A stretch of 61,241 bases of DNA from an uncultured Verrucomicrobiota bacterium (GTDB taxonomy: Bacteria > Verrucomicrobiota > Kiritimatiellia > SLAD01). The stretch covers positions 1 through 61,241 of the forward strand of contig CAYRPR010000001.1 in assembly GCA_964425945.1 (NCBI GenBank), in the 5' to 3' direction. The translations under genes were made by a program, and so were the position numbers. Shown in pieces: positions 9,814-18,517 of this stretch. The stretch's first letter is position 1. Each line of letters starts with the position of its first letter. The notes below the pieces were generated by a model. The model saw nothing but the letters and a program-made list of their open reading frames with translations, was not told the origin of the DNA and did not search any database.

Positions 9814-10620
9814 ATGACAACTAAACGATACATGCGATGGAGCGGGAAGGCGGGTCTGGTCCTGCTTTGTCTGGGCGTGAGTGTTCACGTCGTCGATGCG
9901 CAATACGTCATCCTGCCGAACGGCCAGCGGGTGGACGGGCAGGCTATCCGGTCGCGACCCAGCGGTGAGATCACATTGACGTTGCCCGGCGGAGCCGGGA
10001 CGCGGACCTTCATGCCGGGTCAGTACGTACAGGCCGTGGCGCCGGAACCGCCGGAATTGGCGCGGGCGATCCGGGGTGTCGAGGCCAAGCAGTATGATCA
10101 GGCCATCGCGATGCTTGAGGATATCGTGCGGGCCAATCAGCACTTGCATTGGGATCTCGTCGCGCTGGGCGAGATTGGCAAGGCGAATGTGGCCAAGGGG
10201 GATCACGCGACCGCGGTGCGTGCGTATGACCGGCTGTTCCAGGCTTCGCCGGACCGGAAGAAGGACGACGCGTTCCGGTGGGGCTATTATCAAGCCTTGC
10301 TGGGGGCCGACCAGCATGATAAGCTCGAAACGGAATTGAACGAGTTGGCCGCCTCCGGCGCCCGGGGCGATGCGGCGCGGGCGCAGGTCATGCGCGGCGA
10401 CATCAAGCTGGCGAAAGGCCTGGTGGAGCCGGCGGTCATGGATTACCTGCGAACGGCGGTGCTGTTCGAGCGGGAAACCGCGGTCGTCGCGGAGGCGACG
10501 TTCAAGGCTGCGCAGGGGCTTGAGCAATTGCGGGATCCGCGGGCGAAGGACCTGTACCGGCGCGTGGCGGAACGGTATCCGACCAGCCCGTATGCCGCGC
10601 AGGCCCGGCCGAAGATGTAG
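9814..10620 (+). CDS. Exported TPR-like protein
   Basis: Signal peptide 'LVLLCLGVSVHVVDA', then a helical-repeat C-terminal half ending in a 'YPTSPYAAQA' TPR cap. Confidence 0.6.
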   Translation: MTTKRYMRWSGKAGLVLLCLGVSVHVVDAQYVILPNGQRVDGQAIRSRPSGEITLTLPGGAGTRTFMPGQYVQAVAPEPPELARAIRGVEAKQYDQAIAMLEDIVRANQHLHWDLVALGEIGKANVAKGDHATAVRAYDRLFQASPDRKKDDAFRWGYYQALLGADQHDKLETELNELAASGARGDAARAQVMRGDIKLAKGLVEPAVMDYLRTAVLFERETAVVAEATFKAAQGLEQLRDPRAKDLYRRVAERYPTSPYAAQARPKM

Positions 10621-10683
10621 GACGATGAAGCGGAATGTTCCCAGGCGGGAAGGATGGAATGCAGAACGAAAAGGAGACAGCAT

Positions 10684-11490
10684 ATGTTCACGCGTAAGTT
10701 GGTTCTAATCGCAACGGTGTGCGTCCTGGTCGTGTCGGGAGCGGTGTGGACGGCGTACGGGCAGGATGAAGGCGGTCCGGGCGAGGCCGTGGCCCCCGGA
10801 CTGGAAGTCCGCGGCGACGCGCCGCCGACGGAAATCGCAAAAGGCCCCGGCTTCATGGATATCGTGATGGGCGGCGGCTTCATCGGCGTCCTGTTGTGGT
10901 TGGCCTTGTTCGCGGCATCGATCGCGGGCGTGGCGCTGATCGTCGATTCGTTCATCACCATTCAGAACAAGAAGATCGCGCCGGAAGATCTTGTGGCCCA
11001 GGTGCGAACGGCCATGGAGCAGGGCGATGTCATGAAGGCGCTGAAGCATTGTGAGGAACAGCCCGGCCCCTTGTCGAACATTCTGTCGGCGGCGTTCTCG
11101 AACGTCGAAGAGGGATTCGAGGCCGTCCAGGACGCCGTCGGCGTGGCGGCGGATCTCGAGGGCGAGAAACTGCTGCAGCGCGTGAACTACCTCAACGTGG
11201 TCGGCAACCTGTCGCCGATGCTCGGACTGCTCGGTACGGTGCAAGGTATGATCTTCGCTTTCGCCACCCTGGGTCAGGCCGCGGAAGGCGCGGCCAAGCA
11301 GGCGGCGCTGGCGTTGAACATTTCACAGGCCCTGTTCACGACGGCCGCCGGTCTGGCGATCGCCGTGCCGGCGGTGGCGTTCTTCTACTTCTTCCGTAAC
11401 AAGGCGACCAAAATCATCCTCGGCATGGAAGGCCAGACCATGGATCTGATCAAGGTCTTCCGTAACGTCGAAGTCGTGGACGAGGAATAA
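10684..11490 (+). CDS. exbB: MotA/TolQ/ExbB proton-channel protein
   Basis: Signature C-terminal helices 'LSPMLGLLGTVQGMI...ALFTTAAGLAIAVPAVAFFYFF'. Start chosen at MFTRKL (10684), which gives a signal-like N-terminus. Confidence 0.9.
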   Translation: MFTRKLVLIATVCVLVVSGAVWTAYGQDEGGPGEAVAPGLEVRGDAPPTEIAKGPGFMDIVMGGGFIGVLLWLALFAASIAGVALIVDSFITIQNKKIAPEDLVAQVRTAMEQGDVMKALKHCEEQPGPLSNILSAAFSNVEEGFEAVQDAVGVAADLEGEKLLQRVNYLNVVGNLSPMLGLLGTVQGMIFAFATLGQAAEGAAKQAALALNISQALFTTAAGLAIAVPAVAFFYFFRNKATKIILGMEGQTMDLIKVFRNVEVVDEE

Positions 11491-11543
11491 TCGATCGTTA
11501 GCCGTCGGTGGACGCCGGTTCGCCGAGGGCGGGAGAGGCCCCA

Positions 11544-11975
11544 ATGGCATTCAAGAAAAAAGGCATGCGGGTGGCCGAAAGCGGCGAAATCAACATGACG
11601 CCGATGATCGATATCGTCTTCCAGATGATCATCTTCTTCGTGCTGACGGTTGAGCTGGAAAAGGACATGATCGACGAGCACCTCAAGCTGGCCATGTCCC
11701 CGCACGGACCCGCCATCGAACAGAAGGATCCCAGGACGATCCATGTGGACGTGCGGCAGAACGGCCGTCTGTCGCTCGGCCGGGTCCCCGTATCCGACGG
11801 CCAGCTTCGCAACATCCTGCGCAACGCGGCGATGCAGTACGGCGCCACGACCCCGGTGGTCATCCGGGGGGATATGAACACCCCGCACGAGGAGATCAAG
11901 CGGGTCATGGATATCTGCACGTCCGCCGGCATCTGGAAAATCAAGTTCGGCGCGATCAAGGAAAAGGTGAAGTAG
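11544..11975 (+). CDS. exbD: ExbD/TolR biopolymer transport protein
   Basis: 'INMTPMIDIVFQMIIFF' signature. Start chosen at MAFKKK (11544), after GGGAGAGG. Confidence 0.9.
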   Translation: MAFKKKGMRVAESGEINMTPMIDIVFQMIIFFVLTVELEKDMIDEHLKLAMSPHGPAIEQKDPRTIHVDVRQNGRLSLGRVPVSDGQLRNILRNAAMQYGATTPVVIRGDMNTPHEEIKRVMDICTSAGIWKIKFGAIKEKVK

Positions 11976-11984
11976 GAGGCGATT

Positions 11985-12401
11985 ATGGCTCACAAACGAT
12001 CTCGAAAGCGCCCCGCGCAGATCAGCGGCGAAATCCAGATGACGCCGATGATCGATATCGTGTTCCAGCTCCTGATCTACTTCATCCTGACCTTCGAGCC
12101 GATGGACGTGATGGCCAATCTGGATGTCTTCCGGCCCTCTCCGGAAGCCGAGAAAAAAGAGGAAATGGAGCCGCCGAACGTGCTCCGCGTCACGATCTAC
12201 GAGGACGGTTTTACGGTGAACGATCGCCGGGTCGGCATGCCGGAAATGGAACGCGTGCTGTTCCGCCTCGCCGGCCTCGATCGGAATCAGACCGTACTGA
12301 TCATGGCTACGGCGCATTCGAGGCACGAAAGCCTGATCCAGGTGTTGGACCTCTGCTCGAAGACCGGCTTGCGCAATCTGTCCGTGGTCAGCATGAATTG
12401 A
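11985..12401 (+). CDS. exbD: ExbD/TolR biopolymer transport protein (second paralog)
   Basis: 'IQMTPMIDIVFQLLIYFI' signature. Confidence 0.9.
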   Translation: MAHKRSRKRPAQISGEIQMTPMIDIVFQLLIYFILTFEPMDVMANLDVFRPSPEAEKKEEMEPPNVLRVTIYEDGFTVNDRRVGMPEMERVLFRLAGLDRNQTVLIMATAHSRHESLIQVLDLCSKTGLRNLSVVSMN

Positions 12402-12467
12402 TGAGGGTCGTCCTGCCACATTGCGGGTATGTGCCGAATAGGGTAGTATGAAGAACGGAGCATCGTC

Positions 12468-13919
12468 ATGACACGCAGGGAATACATGCGGAAGAAGCTT
12501 ATGGAGCATCTCGTGGGCCCCACGGGATCGATCATCCTCCATATCCTGATCTTTGCGGCGTTGATCCATCTCGTCGTCTTTGAGACCCGGCAGAGCGAGC
12601 AGGAAATCGAAGTGACCCTGATGGAGCTTCAGACGGTCGATCTGGAAGAGCTTCTCGAGGAAATTGAACCGGAGATCGAGCCGGAGGAGCTCGATGTCAT
12701 GATCGACGCCCCGTCGTTTGATGTCGAGGTGGACGTCGCGCCGGTCGAGGATTTCTCCCAGCCCGAACCCGATGTGGATTACGCCGCACTGAATGTGATG
12801 AATATGGACAGCCCGCTGGTCCTGCAGGGCTTATTCTCGGGGCGAACGGCCGCCGGACGCGCGGCCCGTCTCAAACAGTACGGCGGCCGCTGGGGCGAAC
12901 TGACGGAAGCCTCCGTGCAGAAGGCCTTGGAGTGGCTGAAGAAGAATCAGAATCCGGACGGATCGTGGGACCACGGCGCCCGTAGCCCGGCCGCCATGAC
13001 CGGACTTGGTCTCCTGACGTTTCTCGCGCACGGTGAAACCGTATCGTCCGAGAAATACGGGCAGACGGTCGAGAAGGCCATCCGCTGGCTGGTCAACGAC
13101 ATGCAACCGAACGGCATGTTCAAGGGCGTCGGCACCGGCAACGGCACGGTGTACGCCCAGGCCATTGCCGCGTACGCGATGAGCGAGGCCTACGCCATGA
13201 CGCGTATCCCCGATATCAAGCCGGTCATGGATAAGGCGATTCAGGTCATCATCGACGGTCAACAGGCCCGCGGCGGCTGGGATTACCAGTATAAGAAGGA
13301 GTCCCGTCGTGACACCTCGATCGCGGGATTCAATATTCAGGGCCTGAAGGCCGCGCTGTTGGCCGGATCGAGCGCGACCGGCATCAAGCAGACGATGGAT
13401 AAGTCGCTGGAGGATCTGCTGACGGTGTTCAACCCGGAGACCGGATCGTTCGGGTATTCGTCCGTTCAGGGGCGGAACGACAGCATGACGGCGTTGGCCT
13501 GCCTGCTGTTCCAATTGGCGGGCAATCCGCGCGCCCCCGAAGTCCGGGCGGGTGTGACGGCGTTACGGGATGTGCGATGCAACTGGAATGACCCGCCACA
13601 AGGCGCCATGTACACGTGGTATTACATGACGCAGGTCATGTTCCAGACCGGCGGTTCGACGTGGAATAGTTGGAACAACATGTTCGCCCCGCAGTTTGTG
13701 AACAATCAGAATGCCGACGGGAGTTGGACGTCGCCCAGCGGGCGACTGCCGCAGGGCACGCCGCATCGGGAGGTCAATTACGGCCCGGTGTATTCAACCA
13801 CGCTCGCCGCTTTGTCGCTCCAGGTTTATTACCGCATTCTCCCCACCTTCGCCGTGGTCGAACAGCCCGCCGAGGAAGAGGAGAAGAAGACCGACGACGT
13901 GATCATCGAGATCATCTAG
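12468..13919 (+). CDS. TonB-N-terminus-like anchor fused to a prenyltransferase/squalene-cyclase-type alpha/alpha-toroid repeat domain
   Basis: TM helix with an SxxxH motif ('GSIILHILIF'), an E/P-rich acidic spacer ('EEIEPEIEPEE'), then repeated 'NPDGSW', 'RGGWDYQ', 'NADGSW' toroid-repeat motifs. Confidence 0.7.
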   Translation: MTRREYMRKKLMEHLVGPTGSIILHILIFAALIHLVVFETRQSEQEIEVTLMELQTVDLEELLEEIEPEIEPEELDVMIDAPSFDVEVDVAPVEDFSQPEPDVDYAALNVMNMDSPLVLQGLFSGRTAAGRAARLKQYGGRWGELTEASVQKALEWLKKNQNPDGSWDHGARSPAAMTGLGLLTFLAHGETVSSEKYGQTVEKAIRWLVNDMQPNGMFKGVGTGNGTVYAQAIAAYAMSEAYAMTRIPDIKPVMDKAIQVIIDGQQARGGWDYQYKKESRRDTSIAGFNIQGLKAALLAGSSATGIKQTMDKSLEDLLTVFNPETGSFGYSSVQGRNDSMTALACLLFQLAGNPRAPEVRAGVTALRDVRCNWNDPPQGAMYTWYYMTQVMFQTGGSTWNSWNNMFAPQFVNNQNADGSWTSPSGRLPQGTPHREVNYGPVYSTTLAALSLQVYYRILPTFAVVEQPAEEEEKKTDDVIIEII

Positions 13920-14060
13920 GACCGGTGCCTCATCGCGGTCGCCGTGCGGTATCCTCCGCCTCAAGTTTCATGAGGTATGGGACGGGGCGGGGCGACGGCC
14001 GGATGATTCACGCGCGTGTTCCGCGTTGTCGCGACGCGTCGCTATGCTATACTCGACGGC

Positions 14061-15851
14061 ATGGAAACCGTTGTCCCACGCATCCACGTCCTATCGGACC
14101 ATGTCGCGAACAAGATCGCGGCGGGCGAAGTCGTCGATCGCCCCGCGTCGGTCCTTAAGGAGCTGATGGAAAATGCCCTGGACGCGGGGGCGACGCAGAT
14201 CGACGTGCAGGTCGTGTCGGGCGGGAAAAAGCTCGTGGCCGTGACCGACAATGGACACGGGATGACACGCGACGACGCCCTGCTTTCCATTGAGCGTCAT
14301 GCCACCAGCAAGATCCACGACGTCGATGACATCGAGTCCGTCAACACGCTGGGATTCCGTGGCGAAGCGCTCGCGGCGATCGCCTCGGTCTCACGGTTCA
14401 GCATGAACACCCGAACAGCCGACGCGTTGAGCGGTCTCGAAATGACACTGACGGCGGGCAAGATGCTGGACGTGCAGGAGGCCGGCTGTCCGGTGGGCAC
14501 CACGATCAAGGTGCGCGATCTGTTTCACAACGTGCCGGCCCGCCGGAAATTCCTGCGCGCTGAACAAACCGAATCCGCCCATATCCGGCAGGTATTCATC
14601 GTGCTGGCCCTGTCGCATCCGGATGTCGGCATGCGGCTGACCATGGACGAGCGCGATCTCTATGTCCTGCCGGGCGCATCCACGCTCCGCGACCGGATTC
14701 GCGAACTCTACAGCGAATCCTATCTGAAGGATCTGCGCGACGTGGCCTATGAACGCGGACCGGTGCGGGTGAGCGGGCTCGTGGGCATGCCGCATGCGAC
14801 GCGAAATGATCGCACCGAGCAGTTCATCTTCGTCAACCGGCGACCCGCCGGCGCGCCGCTGTTAAGCTACGCGCTGAATGAGGGGTACCAGACCCTGATC
14901 CCGAAAGGCCGCTATCCGATCGTGTTTCTGTTCATTGACCTGGATCCCTCCCGGGTGGATGTCAATGTGCATCCGACCAAGAAGGAGGTGCGGTTCCGGC
15001 ATCCCGGCGAGGTCCGCGATGCGGTGATCGAGGCCGTGCGCAAAGCGTTGGCGCAGACGTCTCCCGTCTCCGCGGACGCGCCGGCGGGGGCGCCGACGTC
15101 CGAGCGGTCGATGGGACCGAAAGAGCCGCAACTGCGCATCGAGGACCTGCCGGAGTTCCGCGTATTTCAATACCCGCGCGTGCCGCCGGTTCCCGAAACA
15201 AAACCGGGCACGCCCGGTCCGCCGGCGGCGTTCGAGAGGGATCGCGAGTCCGTTCCACCAAGGGAAAGCCCGTGGAGCTGGTGTCGCATCGTCGGACAGG
15301 TCGGCGGGCTCTACGTCATCATGGAAACGGAGGACGGGATGGTTCTGATGGATCCCCATGCGGCGCACGAGCGCCTGATGTACGAAAAATTCATGGCCGA
15401 ATTGCTCACACATCACGTCAAAAGTCAGGGGCTGTTGACACCGGAATCGCTCGATCTCTCGCCCGGCGATGCGGAATGCGTCCGGATGAATCTCGATGCG
15501 CTCCAGCGGATGGGATTCGGCATCTCGGAATTCGGCGGTGACACATTCATTGTGGATGCGTTACCCGTCTGCCTCGGCAATGTGACGGCGGAATCCGTTC
15601 TGAGTGATGTGGCGCGTAGTCTGGAGGAAGGGGGCACGCGCGGGGGCACGGAGCGATGGGCGGAAGAGCGGATTGCGCGCGCGGCCTGCCGCGCGGCCGT
15701 CAAGGCCCGCGACAAACTGTCATTGCAGGAGATCGAAAAACTGGTGATCGACCTGGGGCGCGCTGAAATGCCCTATACCTGTCCGCACGGCCGCCCGACA
15801 TTGATCTTCATGGGGTACAACGAGCTGGACCGCAAGTTCGGACGGATTTAG
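14061..15851 (+). CDS. mutL: DNA mismatch repair endonuclease MutL
   Basis: 'NKIAAGEVV', 'DNGHGM', and the C-terminal endonuclease motif 'DPHAAHERLMYE'. Start chosen at METVVP. Confidence 0.95.
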   Translation: METVVPRIHVLSDHVANKIAAGEVVDRPASVLKELMENALDAGATQIDVQVVSGGKKLVAVTDNGHGMTRDDALLSIERHATSKIHDVDDIESVNTLGFRGEALAAIASVSRFSMNTRTADALSGLEMTLTAGKMLDVQEAGCPVGTTIKVRDLFHNVPARRKFLRAEQTESAHIRQVFIVLALSHPDVGMRLTMDERDLYVLPGASTLRDRIRELYSESYLKDLRDVAYERGPVRVSGLVGMPHATRNDRTEQFIFVNRRPAGAPLLSYALNEGYQTLIPKGRYPIVFLFIDLDPSRVDVNVHPTKKEVRFRHPGEVRDAVIEAVRKALAQTSPVSADAPAGAPTSERSMGPKEPQLRIEDLPEFRVFQYPRVPPVPETKPGTPGPPAAFERDRESVPPRESPWSWCRIVGQVGGLYVIMETEDGMVLMDPHAAHERLMYEKFMAELLTHHVKSQGLLTPESLDLSPGDAECVRMNLDALQRMGFGISEFGGDTFIVDALPVCLGNVTAESVLSDVARSLEEGGTRGGTERWAEERIARAACRAAVKARDKLSLQEIEKLVIDLGRAEMPYTCPHGRPTLIFMGYNELDRKFGRI

Positions 15852-15887
15852 CCCGGATAGAGCACGACCACACGCACACAATACTGG

Positions 15888-16472
15888 TCAGCCTCTGGCC
15901 GGCACGCCGTTCAGCGCTTCCGGCATGCGAAAACGGCTGTTGGCTTCTTCGCGGAAGCTCGCATAGGCCTTGTCATACCGTGCCTTGTCATCCGGGCTCA
16001 TGGCTTCGGCTATCTGCACCTGAAGGGCGCGGTAAGGGGACTGCGCGTAGCGCAGCATCTGCCAGAGGCCCTGCATCAGGTCGTCCGCACGCCGACGATA
16101 GTGCAGGGCGGGAAGAATGGCCTGCTCCGCGGATGCGTTGAGAAACTGGCACAGGAAACTTTCCGCCGCCTCCAGATGCGCTTGGTGCAGCAGCATCGAG
16201 TGAATGGACTGCACGTTGTCGGCGATCAATCCGAGAAAATGCAGGAAGTCGTGTTCCTTGGGCGCGGCGCGGGGGGACCGGACGGCAAAAAAGGCGTGTT
16301 TGCTGGCTGTCTTCAACAGGGCCATCACCTTGTTGATCTGCTGGATCCGGGCCTGCAGATCCATCTCCTGGCTGGGTATGCACAGCAGTTCGACCGCGCG
16401 CTCATAGAAGGCGTCGCGTCGCGCCAGATGGATCGCCCGGTTCAGATTCGTGTGTAACGCCGTCATCAGCAA
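15888..16472 (-). CDS. Hypothetical all-helical protein
   Basis: Clean 194-aa ORF with no recognisable motif. Confidence 0.45.
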   Translation of the reverse strand: MLMTALHTNLNRAIHLARRDAFYERAVELLCIPSQEMDLQARIQQINKVMALLKTASKHAFFAVRSPRAAPKEHDFLHFLGLIADNVQSIHSMLLHQAHLEAAESFLCQFLNASAEQAILPALHYRRRADDLMQGLWQMLRYAQSPYRALQVQIAEAMSPDDKARYDKAYASFREEANSRFRMPEALNGVPARG

Positions 16473-16535
16473 TCAATAATGCCGGGGATCCACGCCTCCC
16501 GGCCGGATTTATCGCCCGACACCCCATACAACAGG

Positions 16536-16564
16536 TTGAATTTATCAGAAATGACATTTATCAT
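16536..16564 (+). promoter_or_regulatory. Possible sigma70-type promoter
   Basis: TTGAAT (16536-16541), 17-nt spacer, TATCAT (16559-16564), in an AT-rich gap upstream of the 16624 gene. Confidence 0.3.
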
Positions 16565-16623
16565 GCCGCGCATTGTTTTATAAGCAAAAAAACAAAGGCT
16601 CACTACCAACAGGGGATAACATC

Positions 16624-17232
16624 ATGCAGTACAGAATGTTTTGCGTTTCGCTGGCCGCCATTCTGCTGGTCGCGTCGGCATGGGCCGCGGACGAGGCGGC
16701 GGATCGGCCGAAAGGCGTGACACTGGTGGCCGTGGGGAATATGGAGGACGACCTGATCGAGCGCATTCATGAGTTTGTGGTGCTCAACTCGGCCATACCC
16801 ACCCGGGTTCTTCGGCGCGACGCGGCGGCGGACGGTTCGCTGGCCGGGGAGGGGCGGGCGTTTGCGGATGTGAAGGACGATCGCGATATCGCCCTTGTTG
16901 TCTGGGTGACACCCGGCGAGCGCGAGGATGAGCATATTGCGTATCTTCAGGACGAGGGCATCGCCGTCGTGAATGTCGGCGCACTCCGTGTCGATAACGA
17001 GGAACAGTTTGCGCGCCGCATGGAGAAGATGACGATGCGAGCCCTCGCCGTTCTGCTGGGCGTGGAGCCCGTTCCCAATCCTCAATCCGCTCTTTTCACC
17101 TACACGTCCATCGAGGAACTGGATGCGATGGGGCGGAACTATGATCCGCCGTCACTCATGCGGGTTCAGGAGCGCGCGGTCCAGCGCGGCGTGCAGCTGA
17201 TCGAGGACAGTCCGTTTCGCCTTGTGCCTTGA
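16624..17232 (+). CDS. Exported hypothetical protein
   Basis: Start chosen at MQYRMF, which gives the signal peptide 'SLAAILLVASAWA'. No recognisable catalytic motif. Confidence 0.5.
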   Translation: MQYRMFCVSLAAILLVASAWAADEAADRPKGVTLVAVGNMEDDLIERIHEFVVLNSAIPTRVLRRDAAADGSLAGEGRAFADVKDDRDIALVVWVTPGEREDEHIAYLQDEGIAVVNVGALRVDNEEQFARRMEKMTMRALAVLLGVEPVPNPQSALFTYTSIEELDAMGRNYDPPSLMRVQERAVQRGVQLIEDSPFRLVP

Positions 17233-17241
17233 GACCCCGTC

Positions 17242-18510
17242 ATGCTCGATATCAAAGTCATCCGCGAGCGCGAGCAGGACGTGCGTCAGGCCATGGACGA
17301 CCGCGCCGCGCATACGTCGCTGGACGACGTGATTGAACTGGATGCGCGTCGCCGAGCGATCCTTGCCGAAGTCGAACAGCTCAAGAACCGGCGTAATGTC
17401 GCATCGAAGGAGATCGGCCGCCTCAAGAAGGCGGGGCAGGATACCTCGGCCGCCCAGGCTGAAATGCGGGATGTCGGGAACCGCATATCCACGCTCGATG
17501 AGGAGGAGCATTCGCTGGATGTCCGCCTGGCGGAGCTTCTGCTGAGTATCCCGAATATGCCGCACGCGTCGGTGCCCGTCGGGGCGGACGAGACCGGCAA
17601 CCGTGTGGTGCGCGTCGTGGGCGATGCGAGCGCGTTCGACTACCCGCCCCAATCCCACGTGGACATCGCCGAACGCCTCGGCATCATCGATTTTGCGCGG
17701 GCGGCGCGCATGACCGGCGCCGGGTTTGCGCTGTTCCGCGGCGTCGGAGCCCGACTGGAGCGGGCCCTGATCCAGTTCATGATCGACCTGCATGTGAATG
17801 AGCACGGTTATGAGGAGGTGTCGCCGCCGTTTCTGTGCAACGGTGATGCCATGACCGGCACGGGCCAGTTGCCCAAGATGGCGGAGGACATGTACCACAT
17901 TCCGTCCGACGGATTGTACCTGGTCCCCACCGCGGAAGTGCCCGTGACGAACATGTACCGGGACGAGATCATCCAGGAACCGTTGCCGATCCGCCATGTC
18001 GCTTACACACCCTGTTTCCGGCGCGAGGCGGGTGCGGCGGGACGGGAGACCCGTGGCCTGATTCGAGTGCACCAGTTCGACAAGGTGGAGCTGGTTAAAT
18101 TTGTCGCGCCGGCCGCCTCGTATGAGGAACTCGAGCAACTGGTGAAGGATGCCGAGGTCGTCTTACAGCGCTTGGAATTGCATTACCGGGTGAAGGAGCT
18201 CTGTACCGGCGACCTGAGTTTTGCGGCGGCCAAGTGCTATGACATCGAGCTATGGGCGCCGGGCCAGAATGCGTGGCTGGAGGTGTCGTCGTGCAGCAAT
18301 TTTGAGGATTTCCAGGCGCGTCGCGCGAAGATCCGGTATCGCAATGCCGCCGGCAAGGTGGAGTTCGTTCATACGCTGAACGGGTCCGGCGTGGCCCTGC
18401 CGCGCCTGATGGTCGCCATCCTGGAGAATTACCAGCAGGCCGACGGCTCGGTCGTCCTGCCCGACGCCATCCGCCCGTACCTGGGCGGCCTGGACCGCAT
18501 CCGCGCCTGA
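17242..18510 (+). CDS. serS: Seryl-tRNA synthetase
   Basis: N-terminal coiled coil plus class II motifs ('FRREAG', 'RVHQFDKVE', 'GSGVALPR'). Confidence 0.97.
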   Translation: MLDIKVIREREQDVRQAMDDRAAHTSLDDVIELDARRRAILAEVEQLKNRRNVASKEIGRLKKAGQDTSAAQAEMRDVGNRISTLDEEEHSLDVRLAELLLSIPNMPHASVPVGADETGNRVVRVVGDASAFDYPPQSHVDIAERLGIIDFARAARMTGAGFALFRGVGARLERALIQFMIDLHVNEHGYEEVSPPFLCNGDAMTGTGQLPKMAEDMYHIPSDGLYLVPTAEVPVTNMYRDEIIQEPLPIRHVAYTPCFRREAGAAGRETRGLIRVHQFDKVELVKFVAPAASYEELEQLVKDAEVVLQRLELHYRVKELCTGDLSFAAAKCYDIELWAPGQNAWLEVSSCSNFEDFQARRAKIRYRNAAGKVEFVHTLNGSGVALPRLMVAILENYQQADGSVVLPDAIRPYLGGLDRIRA

Positions 18511-18517
18511 CGGCAAT

